From an uncultured Pseudomonadota bacterium (GTDB lineage: Bacteria; Myxococcota_A; Polyangia; Fen-1088), in assembly GCA_963774325.1 (NCBI GenBank), contig CAVZEF010000005.1:680296-744295 (forward strand): a stretch of DNA of 64,000 bases, in the 5' to 3' direction. Under the pieces are notes generated by a model that was not told where the DNA came from, made no database searches, and worked only from the letters and a program-made list of their open reading frames with translations. A program made the translations under genes and the position numbers. Within the stretch, counting starts at the first letter, position 1. Every line of letters begins with the position of its first letter. Shown one piece after another: positions 42,312 to 52,430 of this stretch.

Positions 42312-43671
42312 CGATGCCGCCGACGCGCCGCGCCGTCGCTGGAGTCGTCGCTGAACCTGGCCTGGGTGCTGATCGGCGCGTTTCTCGTGATGTTCATGCA
42401 GGTCGGCTTCGCGATGGTCGAGACCGGCTACGCGCGCGCCAAGAACGCCGTCCACGTGATGGCGATGAACCTGGTCGTCTATCCGGTCGGCGTGCTCGGC
42501 TTCTGGCTCACCGGCTTCGCGTTCATGATGGGCGGCGTGTCGGGCTGGCCGACGCTCGGCGCGCGCCGTCGCCCGGCGCGCGCGAGCTCGGCGCCCGCAC
42601 ATCGGTGGCCACTTGTTCGGGCTCTTCGGCGCGTCGCGCTTCGCGCTGGTCAGCGCCGCGCAGGATCCGAGCAGCCTGGCGATGTTCCTGTTCGCCGCGG
42701 TCTTCATGGACACGGCGGCGACGATCCCGACCGGCGCGCTGGCCGAGCGCTGGCGGTTCGCCGCGTTCCTCTGCTACGCGCTGTTCATGTCGATGATCCT
42801 CTACCCGCTCTACGGCAACTGGGTGTGGGGCGGCGGCTGGCTGTCGGCGCTGGGGCAGACGGCGGGCCTCGGCCACGGCCACGTCGACTTCGCGGGCTCG
42901 TCGGTGGTGCACATGACCGGCGGCGTCGCCGCGCTGGCGGGCGCGATCGTCGTCGGGCCGCGCGCGGGCAAGTTCCGGCGCGACGGCACCATCGTCGCCA
43001 TGCCCGGCCACAACCTGCCGATGTCGGTGCTGGGCACGCTGGTGCTCGCCTTCGGCTGGTTCGGCTTCAACGCCGGGTCGACGCTGTCGGCGACCGACGC
43101 GCGCATCGCGATCATCGCCGTCAACACGATGCTGGCCTCGGCGGCGGGCGCGGTGTCGGCGCTGATCTACGTCTGGTACACGGTCGAGAAGCCCGACATC
43201 GCCATGGTTTGCAACGGGCTGCTCGGCGGGCTGGTCGCGATCACCGCGTCGTGCGCGTTCGTGACCCCGCCGGCCGCGGTGCTGATCGGCGCGGTCGCCG
43301 GCCTGCTGGTGGTCTGGACGGTGGTCGCGCTCGAGCGCCGGCTGCGCGTCGACGATCCCGTGGGCGCGATCGCCGTCCACGGCGCGTGCGGCGCCTGGGG
43401 CGCGCTGGCGCTGGGCCTGTTCGCCGACGGCAGCTACGGCGCGGGCTGGAACGGCGTCGCCGGCCCGGTGCGCGGCCTGCTCTTCGGCGACGCGGGCCAG
43501 CTCGCCGCGCAGGCGATCGGCGTCGCGACCAACGCGGTCTTCGTCTTCGCCGCCGCCTACGGCTTCTTCGTCGCCTGCGATCGCGTGATCGGCAACCGCG
43601 TCGCCGCCGAGGTCGAGTCGGTGGGCCTCGACTCGATGGAGATGGGCTCGGAGGCCTATCCGCCCGGCTGA
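42308..43671 (+). CDS. amt: Ammonium transporter (Amt family), frameshifted near the N-terminus
   Basis: FMQVGFAMVETG..RAKNA, GALAER, WVWGGGWL, DFAGSSVVH, GWFGFNAGS, DDPVGAIAVHG, RV..E.E..GLD..E.G..AY. Confidence 0.93.
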
Positions 43672-43812
43672 TAGCGGCATCGCGCGCTGATGGACCGCAA
43701 TTGCGCGCGGCCAGTGCCACGTGCGCCGCGAGGGCTGACACGAAATCGTGACACGGCCGGCGACCGATCGCGCACGCGACGCGGCCGCCGGCTTGCTACG
43801 CTCGAGCCGTTC

Positions 43813-44485
43813 ATGACGTCGACGTCGACGGCGCCAGCGACGGGAACCCGGTGGCGGTGGCTCGAGCTCGCCGCGTCTTCGGGTCGCGCCGCTGGTGCTG
43901 GCGCTGGCGCCGCGCCGGATGGTCACGCTGGGGATCATCGGCAGCGGCCTGCTCTCGCTGGTCGCGCTGCTGCTCGATCCGACCTTCCCGCGGCGGGCGC
44001 TCTGGGACGCGACGCTGGCGCGCCAGGGCCTGCGCGACCTGGCGGTGCGCACGATCTTCGTCTGGACCGGGCTGCTGGCGTTTGCGTTGCTGCGCGCGCG
44101 CCCGCACCTGTTCGAGATGCCGCGCACGCGTCCCGTCGCCTGGCTGCTGGTCGTGATCCTGTATCCGCCGATCTCGGCCTTCTCCCAGGAGATCATGTTC
44201 CGCACGCTGTTCTTTCATCGCTACGCGGCGCTGCTGCGGCGGCCGGCTGCGCGCGTGATCGCCAGCGGCCTGCTGTTCGGCTGGGCGCACATCGTCGTCC
44301 ACAACCTGTCGGCGATCTTCCTCGCCTCCGTGGGCGGCCTGCTGTTCGCCGCGACCTACGAGCGCCGCCGCTCGACGCTGCTGGTCTCGATCGAGCACGG
44401 GCTCTACGGCGACTTCATCTTCACGATCGGGCTCGGCGGCCTGTTCTACAACGTGCACCGCGCGCTCGAGGCGCTCGCGCGCTGA
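43813..44485 (+). CDS. CPBP (Abi/CAAX-type) intramembrane metalloprotease (frameshift near 43880)
   Basis: QEIMFR, FGWAH, EHGLYGD motifs in a hydrophobic ORF. Confidence 0.82.
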
Positions 44486-44509
44486 GGCGCGCGATGTGCA
44501 CGCTGTCTC

Positions 44510-44537
44510 TTGACAGTCGCTGCCCGGTCGCTAACCT
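44510..44537 (+). promoter_or_regulatory. Candidate sigma70 promoter
   Basis: TTGACA (44510-44515), N16, TAACCT (44532-44537), upstream of the ankyrin gene leader. Confidence 0.65.
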
Positions 44538-44543
44538 CGCGGC

Positions 44544-44667
44544 GAGTGTGTAGGGCGCTTCCTGTCCGCGGAGAGGGACCGAGTCCCACCTATCGATTGA
44601 ACAGCGAGCAGGTGCGCTTCTTTCTGCCCGGAACCGCGGACGTCGGGCGTGATGAAAGGAGCTGCAC
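44544..44667 (+). ncRNA. Candidate structured 5' leader RNA (cis-regulatory, possible pseudoknot)
   Basis: Hairpins GGGAC/GTCCC, ACCT/AGGT and GCCCG/CGGGC; loop CCGCGGAC (44634-41) is complementary to GTCCGCGG (44564-71); ends at SD AAAGGAG. Confidence 0.5.
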
Positions 44668-46104
44668 ATGCCCTCCCGATCCCTGCCGGCGCGTCCCGAT
44701 CTCACTCAGCTCAGGCTGCAGGCCAAGGAGCTGCGTCGGGCACATCGAAACGGCAGTCCTTCGGCCGCGGCGCGCATCCTGACGCATCACCCCCGCCTGC
44801 GCCGCCGGACGTTTCGCGACGCGCAGGAGGCGACAATTCTCGCTGGCCGACGCGCAGCTCGTGGTGGCGCGAGAGTACGGGTTCGAGAGCTGGATCGCGC
44901 TCAAGCGGCACGTCGCGATCTCGCGGCGGCTGGTGCACATGCGGACGCACCCGGGATTCGCGGCCGCGGTCGAGGCGTTCGACCGCGGCGACCTCGATCG
45001 CCTGCGCGGCTTGCTCGCCGCAGGATCCGACGCTGGTGCGCGCGCGCGGATTTCTGGAGCCCCCGTTTGGCTATTTCAGCGGCGCGACACTGCTCCACCA
45101 CGTTGCCGGCAATCCCTGCGCGCGCCGCTACCGCCGAACGTCGTCGAGATCGCCGCGTTCCTGATCGAGGCCGGCGCCGAGGTGCAACGCGCGCACGCTG
45201 TCGCCGACCTACGGTGAGACGACGATGGATCTGGTGCTCACCAGCCAGCACGCCAGCGAGGCGGGCGTGTCGGGGGCGCTCATCGATCTGTTGCTCGCGC
45301 ACGGCGCGCGCCTGGACCTGCGCGCGCCCGACGTGCTGCACCGGTCGCTGTCCAACCACGCGACGCGCGCGGCGGAGCGGCTCATCGAGCTCGGCGCCGA
45401 GGTCGACGTGTGCGCGGCGGCGGCGCTCGGCCGCATGGATCGGCTGCGCGACGCCTTCGACGCCGGCGGGCAAGCTGAAGACACCGGTGCGGCGCGGGAC
45501 CGAGACGCTGTCCGAGCGCGACGCCATCGGGCTGGCGATGCTGTTCGCCTACGTGAACGGCCGGCGCGAGGCGGTCGACTTCCTGCTGGAGAAGGACGGC
45601 AACTGGAACATGATCGGCGTGAACAACGGCACCGCGCTCCATCGCGCGGCCGGCGCCGGCGATCGCGCGATGGTCGAGCGGCTGGTGGCGAAGGGCGCCG
45701 ACCTCTACGACCGCAACAACCCGTTCAACGCCACGCCGCTGTCCTGGGCGGATCACGAGGGAAGGACCGAGGTCTTCCACTGGATGCGCACGCACTGCCC
45801 GGTCGACATCCACGACGCGGTCTGCTTCGGCCTCATCGATCACGTGCGCGCGCGCATCGCCGAGCGCGCCGACTGCGTCAACGACGCCATCGATCAATGG
45901 CAGATCCCGCGCGCGACACCGCTGCACTTTGCGGCTCACATGCGCGCGGCGGCGATCGTCACGCTGCTGCTCGACGCCGGCGCGCAGCCGAGCACGCTGG
46001 CGGGCGACGGGCGCACCGCGCTGGACATCGCGGAAGCGCGCGGCGCGGTCGAGGTCGGCAAGCGGCTGGCCGCGCGCGGTGGCGTGCGCGCGTCGGAGTT
46101 CTAG
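44668..46104 (+). CDS. Ankyrin-repeat protein with an N-terminal LPARP-L-QL--QAK / AQ--VAREYGF-SW domain (several frameshifts)
   Basis: MPSRSLPARPDLTQLRLQAKEL..LADAQLVVAREYGFESW; ankyrin motifs GATLLHHVA, GTALHRAA, ATPLSWA, ATPLHFAA, GRTALDIA. Confidence 0.82.
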   Translation: MPSRSLPARPDLTQLRLQAKELRRAHRNGSPSAAARILTHHPRLRRRTFRDAQEATILAGRRAARGGARVRVRELDRAQAARRDLAAAGAHADAPGIRGRGRGVRPRRPRSPARLARRRIRRWCARADFWSPRLAISAARHCSTTLPAIPARAATAERRRDRRVPDRGRRRGATRARCRRPTVRRRWIWCSPASTPARRACRGRSSICCSRTARAWTCARPTCCTGRCPTTRRARRSGSSSSAPRSTCARRRRSAAWIGCATPSTPAGKLKTPVRRGTETLSERDAIGLAMLFAYVNGRREAVDFLLEKDGNWNMIGVNNGTALHRAAGAGDRAMVERLVAKGADLYDRNNPFNATPLSWADHEGRTEVFHWMRTHCPVDIHDAVCFGLIDHVRARIAERADCVNDAIDQWQIPRATPLHFAAHMRAAAIVTLLLDAGAQPSTLAGDGRTALDIAEARGAVEVGKRLAARGGVRASEF

Positions 46105-46265
46105 TGTCCTGTCTCAGAAATCCGCCGTGGCACCGAGGGCGTGAATGCGGCCGGATCGCGAGGCGCGAGGAGCGCGCATACTGGACGTATGTAAGTGACG
46201 AGCAACGAAGCGAGCGGGCCGCAGTCGCGCCCGAATGCAGGCGGATTTCTGAGACAGGACACTAG
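46101..46265. mobile_element. MITE-like element with 26-bp perfect terminal inverted repeats bounded by CTAG
   Basis: CTAGTGTCCTGTCTCAGAAATCCGCC (46101-46126) and its exact reverse complement (46240-46265); 165 bp; no transposase. Confidence 0.88.
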
Positions 46266-46277
46266 ATATGCAGTTCG

Positions 46278-47202
46278 CTAACGCTGCGGGTCCCGTGGAT
46301 CAAAGGCCACGGTCGCGGCGTGCGGGTCGACGGCGGCGCGCCTCGGGCGCGCGCGCTGCGACAGGACCAGGCTCACGCCGCCGATGCACGGCGGCGGCGG
46401 CGACGATCAGGCGCGGGCTCAACGTCTCGCCGAGCAGCGCGACCGCGCCGCCGGCGGCGATCACCGGCACGCTGAGCTGCAGCACCGCCGCGGTGGTCGC
46501 GGTCAGACCGCGCAGCGCTCGGTACCAGATGGCGTAGCCGAGCCCGGAGGTGATGCCGCCCGCGATCAGCGCCAGCAGCAAGCCGCGCGCGCTGGCGCGC
46601 GCCCCCGACGACGCGATCACGTTCAGGAACATCGTCGCGGGCAGCGCCCAGATGAAGCTGCGCGCGTTGGCCTCGAGCACGTCGTGCGCGCCCTTCCCCG
46701 CCAGCGAGTAGACGCCCCAGGCGCAGCCGGCCGCGACCATCAGGGCGCTGCCGATCGGATCGGGCCTGGCGCCCACCGACGGGAACGTCAGCCAGGCGAG
46801 CCCGGCGGCGGCCAGCGCCAGGCCCAGCCAGGTGCGCGCCCGCGGCCGTTCGCCCGAGATGATGCCCCAGCCGATCATGGTGATCTGGACCGCGCCGAAC
46901 AGCAGCAGCGCGCCGGCCGCGGCGCCGATGCGCACGTAGGCGAACGAGAACGGCGCTGCGTAGATCGCCAGCGCCAGCGCCCCGACCAGCGCGCGCCCGC
47001 GCGGCGGCGACCAGCTGAACGGGCGCCCGCGCAACCGCACCAGCAACCCCAGCACCAGCGCCCCCGCCGCGAGGCGCGCCGTGGTGAACGTCGCGGCGTC
47101 CATGAGTCCGGTCCCCAGCGCCAGGCGCGTCAGGATCGAGTTGGACGCAAAGGCGATCAGCGCCAGGAACGTGAGCAGCGCGGTTTCGGCGAGGTGGGGC
47201 AT
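46278..47202 (-). CDS. DMT/EamA-family transporter (frameshift near 46385)
   Basis: AFASNSILTR, FSFAYV..GAAAGALLLFG.VQ, TSGLGYAIWY, QLSVPVIAA.GA..LLGE. Confidence 0.88.
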
Positions 47203-47270
47203 CGGCGAGCGCCCGGCGTGGCTGCCGGGGGCGGGTGGAGGACCCTACCACGCCGAGCCGTGCGTCGCGC

Positions 47271-47735
47271 TCAGCCGCCGGGGCCGTCCGCCATCAGCTC
47301 ACGCTCGAGGTTGTCGACCTTGAGCGCGAGCTCGGCGGAGTCGGACGCCAGCATGTTGGCGTCGCGCACGAGCACCCAGTGCCCGCCGAACTCCTTGCGA
47401 AAGATCGACAGCACCGGCCCGCGCCTCACGGTCGGCGTGCCGCCGTCGAGCGGCGCCATGGTCACCGTGAGCGTGGCCCAGCAGCAGGCGAGGTCGCCCG
47501 AGACCAGGATCTCCTCGATCTCGGCGCTCGACTGGATCGCGCTCGACTCCGTGGCCGCCGCCAGCTCGTGCGCGAACGCGGTACGGCCGCGCATCGGTGC
47601 GCGTTCAGCCGCCAGGAACACGGCATCTTCGGAGATCATGGACAGCAGCGCCGCCAGATCGCCCGCGCCCATCGCCCGGTGCCATCGGTTCACCCACGCT
47701 CGGATCGCCTTTTCGTCTCGACCTTGTGAGCCCAT
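47271..47735 (-). CDS. SnoaL-like/DUF4440 (SgcJ/EcaC-type) NTF2-fold protein
   Basis: DEKAIR..WH.A..GDL..L..EDAVFL, IEEILVSGDLA, LSIFRK..G.W...RDANML. Confidence 0.85.
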   Translation of the reverse strand: MGSQGRDEKAIRAWVNRWHRAMGAGDLAALLSMISEDAVFLAAERAPMRGRTAFAHELAAATESSAIQSSAEIEEILVSGDLACCWATLTVTMAPLDGGTPTVRRGPVLSIFRKEFGGHWVLVRDANMLASDSAELALKVDNLERELMADGPGG

Positions 47736-47923
47736 GGCCAGTTCTCCCTAGAGGGCGCGCCCGTCCCGTCACTCGATTGTGAGCATCGTCGGCGCGCCCA
47801 CAAGAGCGCGCGCGCAAGACGTTGCCGGTGACGACAAGTCGCTCTCGACGCCTTGACGGACGAGTTCCGAACCCTACGCTCTCTCCGCGCCCCTCTCGTT
47901 GTCGTTACACCGGAGGCCCTGGT

Positions 47924-49056
47924 ATGGATTCGTCTCGCGACGGCAGCCGCCGCGCTCCCTCGTTCTCGCTTCGCCGCGATGGCCAGCCGCCCGTGACGCT
48001 GGAGCTGTTTGGCGGGCAGCCGATGGTGCTCGCGCTGTGCAGCGGGCCGCTCGCGACATCGTCCTATACGTCCTCCGATACGTCCTGGAGCCACGGCGGT
48101 GATCGGGATCGCCCAGTCACCGGGATCGCGCGCGACCGCGATCGCGATGACGATGGCCTGGGCGCGGTGCGCGCGGAGCTGCGCGGCCTCGGCGCCGTGT
48201 TGTTGCTGGTCTTCGAGGACGGCGCGCTCTGCCTGGGTCCCGAGGACGAGGTCTGGCGCATCGACCCGGGCGACGCGCGCGACGCCGCCGATCGCGCGGC
48301 GATGCGCGCGCGCTACGGTGTATCGGCGGGCGCGACCGGCTTGTTCGTCATCGACGGCGACCAGAGGCTGCGTTTCTCGTACATCGAGGTCGCACCCCGG
48401 CACGGCACGCTGCAGACGATCGCGGGCGCGCTGTCGGCGACCGGGCACATCGACGTGTCGCGGTTCACCCTGTCGCGGCGCGAGCTGGTGGTGAGCACGC
48501 TCGCGGCCGCGTTCGCGCTCACGTTGACCGAGGCGCCGGCGCGCGCGGTGACCGCGCCGGCCTCCGCCGCCGGAGCCGAGGTGACGTCCAGCGAGGTCGA
48601 GATCGTTCTTCAGCTCAACGGCGAGGCGCGGCGCCTGCGCCTCGATCCGCGCGTGACCTTGCTCGATGCCCTGCGCGAGCGCCTGGGCCTGACCGGCACG
48701 AAGAAGGGCTGCGACCAGGGCCAGTGCGGCGCGTGCACGGTGCTCGTCGACGGCCGGCGCGTGAACGCCTGCCTCACGCTCGCGGTCATGGCCGAGGGCG
48801 CGCCGATCACCACCATCGAAGGGCTGGCGAAGGGAGACGGTCCTGCACCCGCTGCAGGCGGCGTTCATCGCGCACGACGGCTTTCAGTGCGGGTACTGCA
48901 CGCTCGGGGCAGATCATGAGCGCCGTCGGCCTGCTGGCCGAGGGGCAGCGCACGAGCGACGACGAGGTGCGCGAGCAGATGAGCGGCAACATCTGCCGCT
49001 GCGGCGCCTACCCGAACATCGTCGCCGCGATCCAGCAGGCGCGAAAGGAGCTGTGA
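47924..49056 (+). CDS. Xanthine/aldehyde oxidoreductase 2Fe-2S subunit (PaoA/YagT-like) with an N-terminal redoxin-like extension (frameshifted)
   Basis: [44 protein letters not shown]; N-terminal APSFSL..RYGV....[12 protein letters not shown]. Confidence 0.85.
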
Positions 49057-49057
49057 G

Positions 49058-50050
49058 ATGCGCGCGTTTCGCTATGTGCGCGCCGCGGATCGGCCGGCGC
49101 GTGCACGCGGCGGGCGCTCCGGGCGCGGCGTTCATCGCCGGCGGCACGACGCTCGTCGATCTCATGAAGCTGGGCGTCGAGTCGCCCGACACGCTGGTCG
49201 ACGTCAACCACATCGACGCCGGTCCCGCGGTCGAGGAGCTGCCGGATGGCGGCGGCCTGCGGATCGCGGCGGGCGCGCGCAACAGCGACGTCGCCTACCA
49301 CGCGCTGGTGCGCGAGCGCTTCCCGGCGCTGTCGGAGGCGCTGCTCGCCGGGGCCTCGCCGCAGCTGCGCAACATGGCGACGGTCGGCGGCAACCTCCTG
49401 CAGCGCACGCGCTGCGCCTATTTCCGTGACGTGGCGGTCGCCGAGTGCAACAAGCGCGCGCCGGGCTCCGGCTGCGCGGCGCAGGACGGCTGGACGCGCA
49501 TGCACGCGATCCTCGGCGGCAGCTCGCGCTGCATCGCCGCGCATCCCGTCGGACATGTGCGTGGCGCTGGTCGCGCTCGACGCGGTCGTGCACACGCAAG
49601 GGCCGCGCGGCGCGCGCCAGATCCCGATCGCCGACTTTCACACGCTGCCCGGCCGAACACCCGGAGGTCGAGACCACGCTCGAACGCGGCGAGCTCATCA
49701 CCCATGTGACGTTGCCGGCGGCGCGGTTCGCCGCGCGCTCGGGCTACGTCAAGGTGCGCGATCGCGCGTCGTTCGCGTTCGCGCTGGCATCGGCCGCGGT
49801 CGCGGTCGAGCTGCACGGCGGGACGGATGCGCGCCGTGCGCGTCGCGCTCGGCGGCGTCGCCACCAAGACCGTGGCGCAGTCACGAGGCCGAGGCGGCGC
49901 TGGTCGGGCAGCCGGCTCGGCGATCGTCCTTCGAGCACGCGGCGGCGTTGGCGCTGCGGGGCGCCGACGTGCGGCCCGACAACGAGTTCAAGGTCAAGCT
50001 CGCGCAGCGGACGCTGGTGCGCGCGCTGGAGACGGTGGTCAGCCGGTGAG
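49058..50050 (+). CDS. Xanthine/aldehyde oxidoreductase FAD subunit (PaoB/YagS-like, frameshifted)
   Basis: [66 protein letters not shown]. Confidence 0.9.
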
Positions 50051-52306
50051 CGGCTCGGCGGCCGGCGACGCGGGCGCGGCGGCGCCCCCGCCCGCGCACG
50101 CGATCACCGGCGCGGGGATCGACCGCGTCGACGGCCGGCTCAAGGTCACGGGCAAGACGCCCTACGCGCCCGAGACCGCGGTCGCCAACGTCGCGCACGC
50201 CGTGATCGTCGGCGCCACCGCGGCGCCCGGGCGCTTGCAGTCGATCGAGACGCACGACGCCGAGCGCGCGCCCGGCGTGCTGCGCGTGCTCACGCACGCG
50301 AACGCGCCGCGCTTGCCGGGCGCGGCGCACGGCGAGCCCGGCGAGCGCGTGCTGCAGCTCTTGCAGGACGACCGCGTCCTCTACAACGACCAGCCGATCG
50401 CGGTCGTCGTCGCCGACACGCTGGAGAACGCGCAGCACGCCGCGAGCCTGGTCCGCGCGGTGGTGCGCGCCGAGCGGCCCGCGCTGGGCCTCGGCGATCA
50501 CCTCGGCGAGGCGTACGCGCCCGCGAAGACGCCGCGCGGCCCGACGGACAGCCACACTGGCGACTTCGACCGCGCCTACGCGGACCGCCGCGTACCGGAT
50601 CAGCGCGACCTACACGACGCCGGTGCACAACCACAACCCGATGGAGCCGCACGGCACGATCGCGGTGTGGAACGCCGCGGATCGCGTGACGGTGTACGAT
50701 GCGACGCAGGGCATCACCGGCGTGCGCAAGCGCATCGCGCGCGCTCTTCGGCTTGCCGCGTCGACGACGTGCGCGTCATCTCACTGTTCGTCGGCGGCGG
50801 GTTCGGCTGCAAGGGCACGCCGTGGTCGCACGTGCCGCTCGCCGTGATGGCGGCGCGCGTGCTCGGGCGGCCGGTGAAGCTGGTGCTCACGCGCCACCAG
50901 ATGTTCTCGCTCGTCGGGCACCGTCCGGTGACGCGGCAACAGGTCGCGCTCGGCGCCGATGCGCGCGGCCGCCTGCTCGCCATGCGCCACGACGTGTACG
51001 CCGAGACCTCGCGCTTCGACGAGTTCGTCGAGCCGAGCGCGGCGCAGACGCGCATGTCGTACGCGTGCGCGAACATCCGCACGTCGCACCGGCTGGTGCG
51101 CCTCGACGTGTCGACGCCGACGTTCACGCGCGCGCCCGGCGAGGCGTCGGGCAGCTTCGCGCTCGAGTCGGCGATGGACGAGCTCGCGTACGCGCTCAGG
51201 CTCGATCCGCTCGAGCTGCGCCTGCGCAACTACGCCGAGCGCGATCCGGAGACCGGCAAGCCGTTCTCGAGCAAGTCGCTGCGCGCGTGCTATCAGCAGG
51301 CGGCGGAGCGATTCGGCTGGGCGCGCCGGCGCGCGACGGTGCGCGCGACGCGCAGGGGGCACGAGTGGGTCGGCTGGGGCATGGCGACGGCGACGTACCC
51401 GGCGGGGCAGAGCCCGGCGCAGGCGGTGGCGCGCATCCGCGCCGACGGCACGGCGCTGGTGCAGGCGGGGACGCAGGACCTCGGCACCGGCACGTACACG
51501 ATCATGACGCCAGATCGCGGCCGACGCGCTCGGCCTGCCCGTCGATCGCGTGCGCTTCGAGCTCGGCGACACCGCGCTTGCCCGAGGCGCCGCTGTCGGC
51601 GGGCTCGCGCACCGCGGCCAGCGTCGGGCCGGCGGTGAAGGGAGCGGCCGAGGCGGCGCGCGCCGCGATCGTGGCGCTGGCGCTGGCCGACACCGGCTCG
51701 CCGCTGTATTCGATGCCGCCGGCTGACGTGGTGCTGGCGGACGGCTGTCTCGTCGACGCGCGCGATTCGGCGCGCCGCGATCCGTTCCCGGCGATCTTGA
51801 AGCGCGCGGGGCGCGCGGAGATCGAGGGCCGCTACGCCGCGGAGGAAGGCGCCGCGCGCAAGGACTACGCGCTGCACTCGTTCGGCGCGCAGTTCGCCGA
51901 GGTGCACGTCGACGCCGACCTCGGCCAGGTCCGCGTCACCCGCTTCGTCGGTGCGTTCGCGGGCGGCAAGATCCTGAACGCCAAGACCGCGCGCAGCCAG
52001 TTCATCGGCGGCATCGTGTGGGGCATCGGCATGGCGCTGCACGAGGAGACGCTGCGCGATCAGCGCACCGGCCGCGTGGTCACGCGCGATCTCGCCGACT
52101 ATCACGTGCCGGTCCACCTGGACGTGCCGGCGATCGAGATCATCGCCGTCGACGAGGTCGATCCCATCGTCAACGCGGTCGGCGCCAAGGGGATCGGCGA
52201 GATCGGCATCACCGGCGCGGCGGCGGCGATCGCCAACGCCGTCTATCACGCGACCGGCATGCGGGTTCGCGATCTGCCGATCACGCCCGACAAGTTGTTA
52301 GGCTGA
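50047..52306 (+). CDS. Xanthine/aldehyde oxidoreductase molybdopterin subunit (PaoC/YagR-like, frameshifted)
   Basis: RVDGRLKVTG, HNPMEPH, VGGGFGCKG, RAPGE, QDLGTGTYT, GAKGIGEIG, RVRDLPITPDKL. Confidence 0.92.
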
Positions 52307-52320
52307 AACGCGGTCGGGAA

Positions 52321-52405
52321 GCGGGCCTCGGGCTTCGGATCTCCGAGCTCCCGGCGATGAGCGCAGCACCTTCGAAAGCCTGAAGCCCGAAGCCTGAGGC
52401 CCGAG
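52321..52405. repeat. Inverted heptamer arrays (GCCYGAR) between convergent genes
   Basis: GCCTGAA GCCCGAA GCCTGAG GCCCGAG at 52378-52405, with inverted copies GCGGGC CTCGGGC TTCGG at 52321-52338. Confidence 0.7.
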
Positions 52406-52430
52406 GTCTCGATCCGGGATTGGTCTCGAT

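Noticed and set aside
43735-43755. TGACAC direct repeat upstream of the CPBP gene
   Set aside because: The period is 13 bp rather than the 11 bp of PhoB/OmpR boxes, and only two copies are present.
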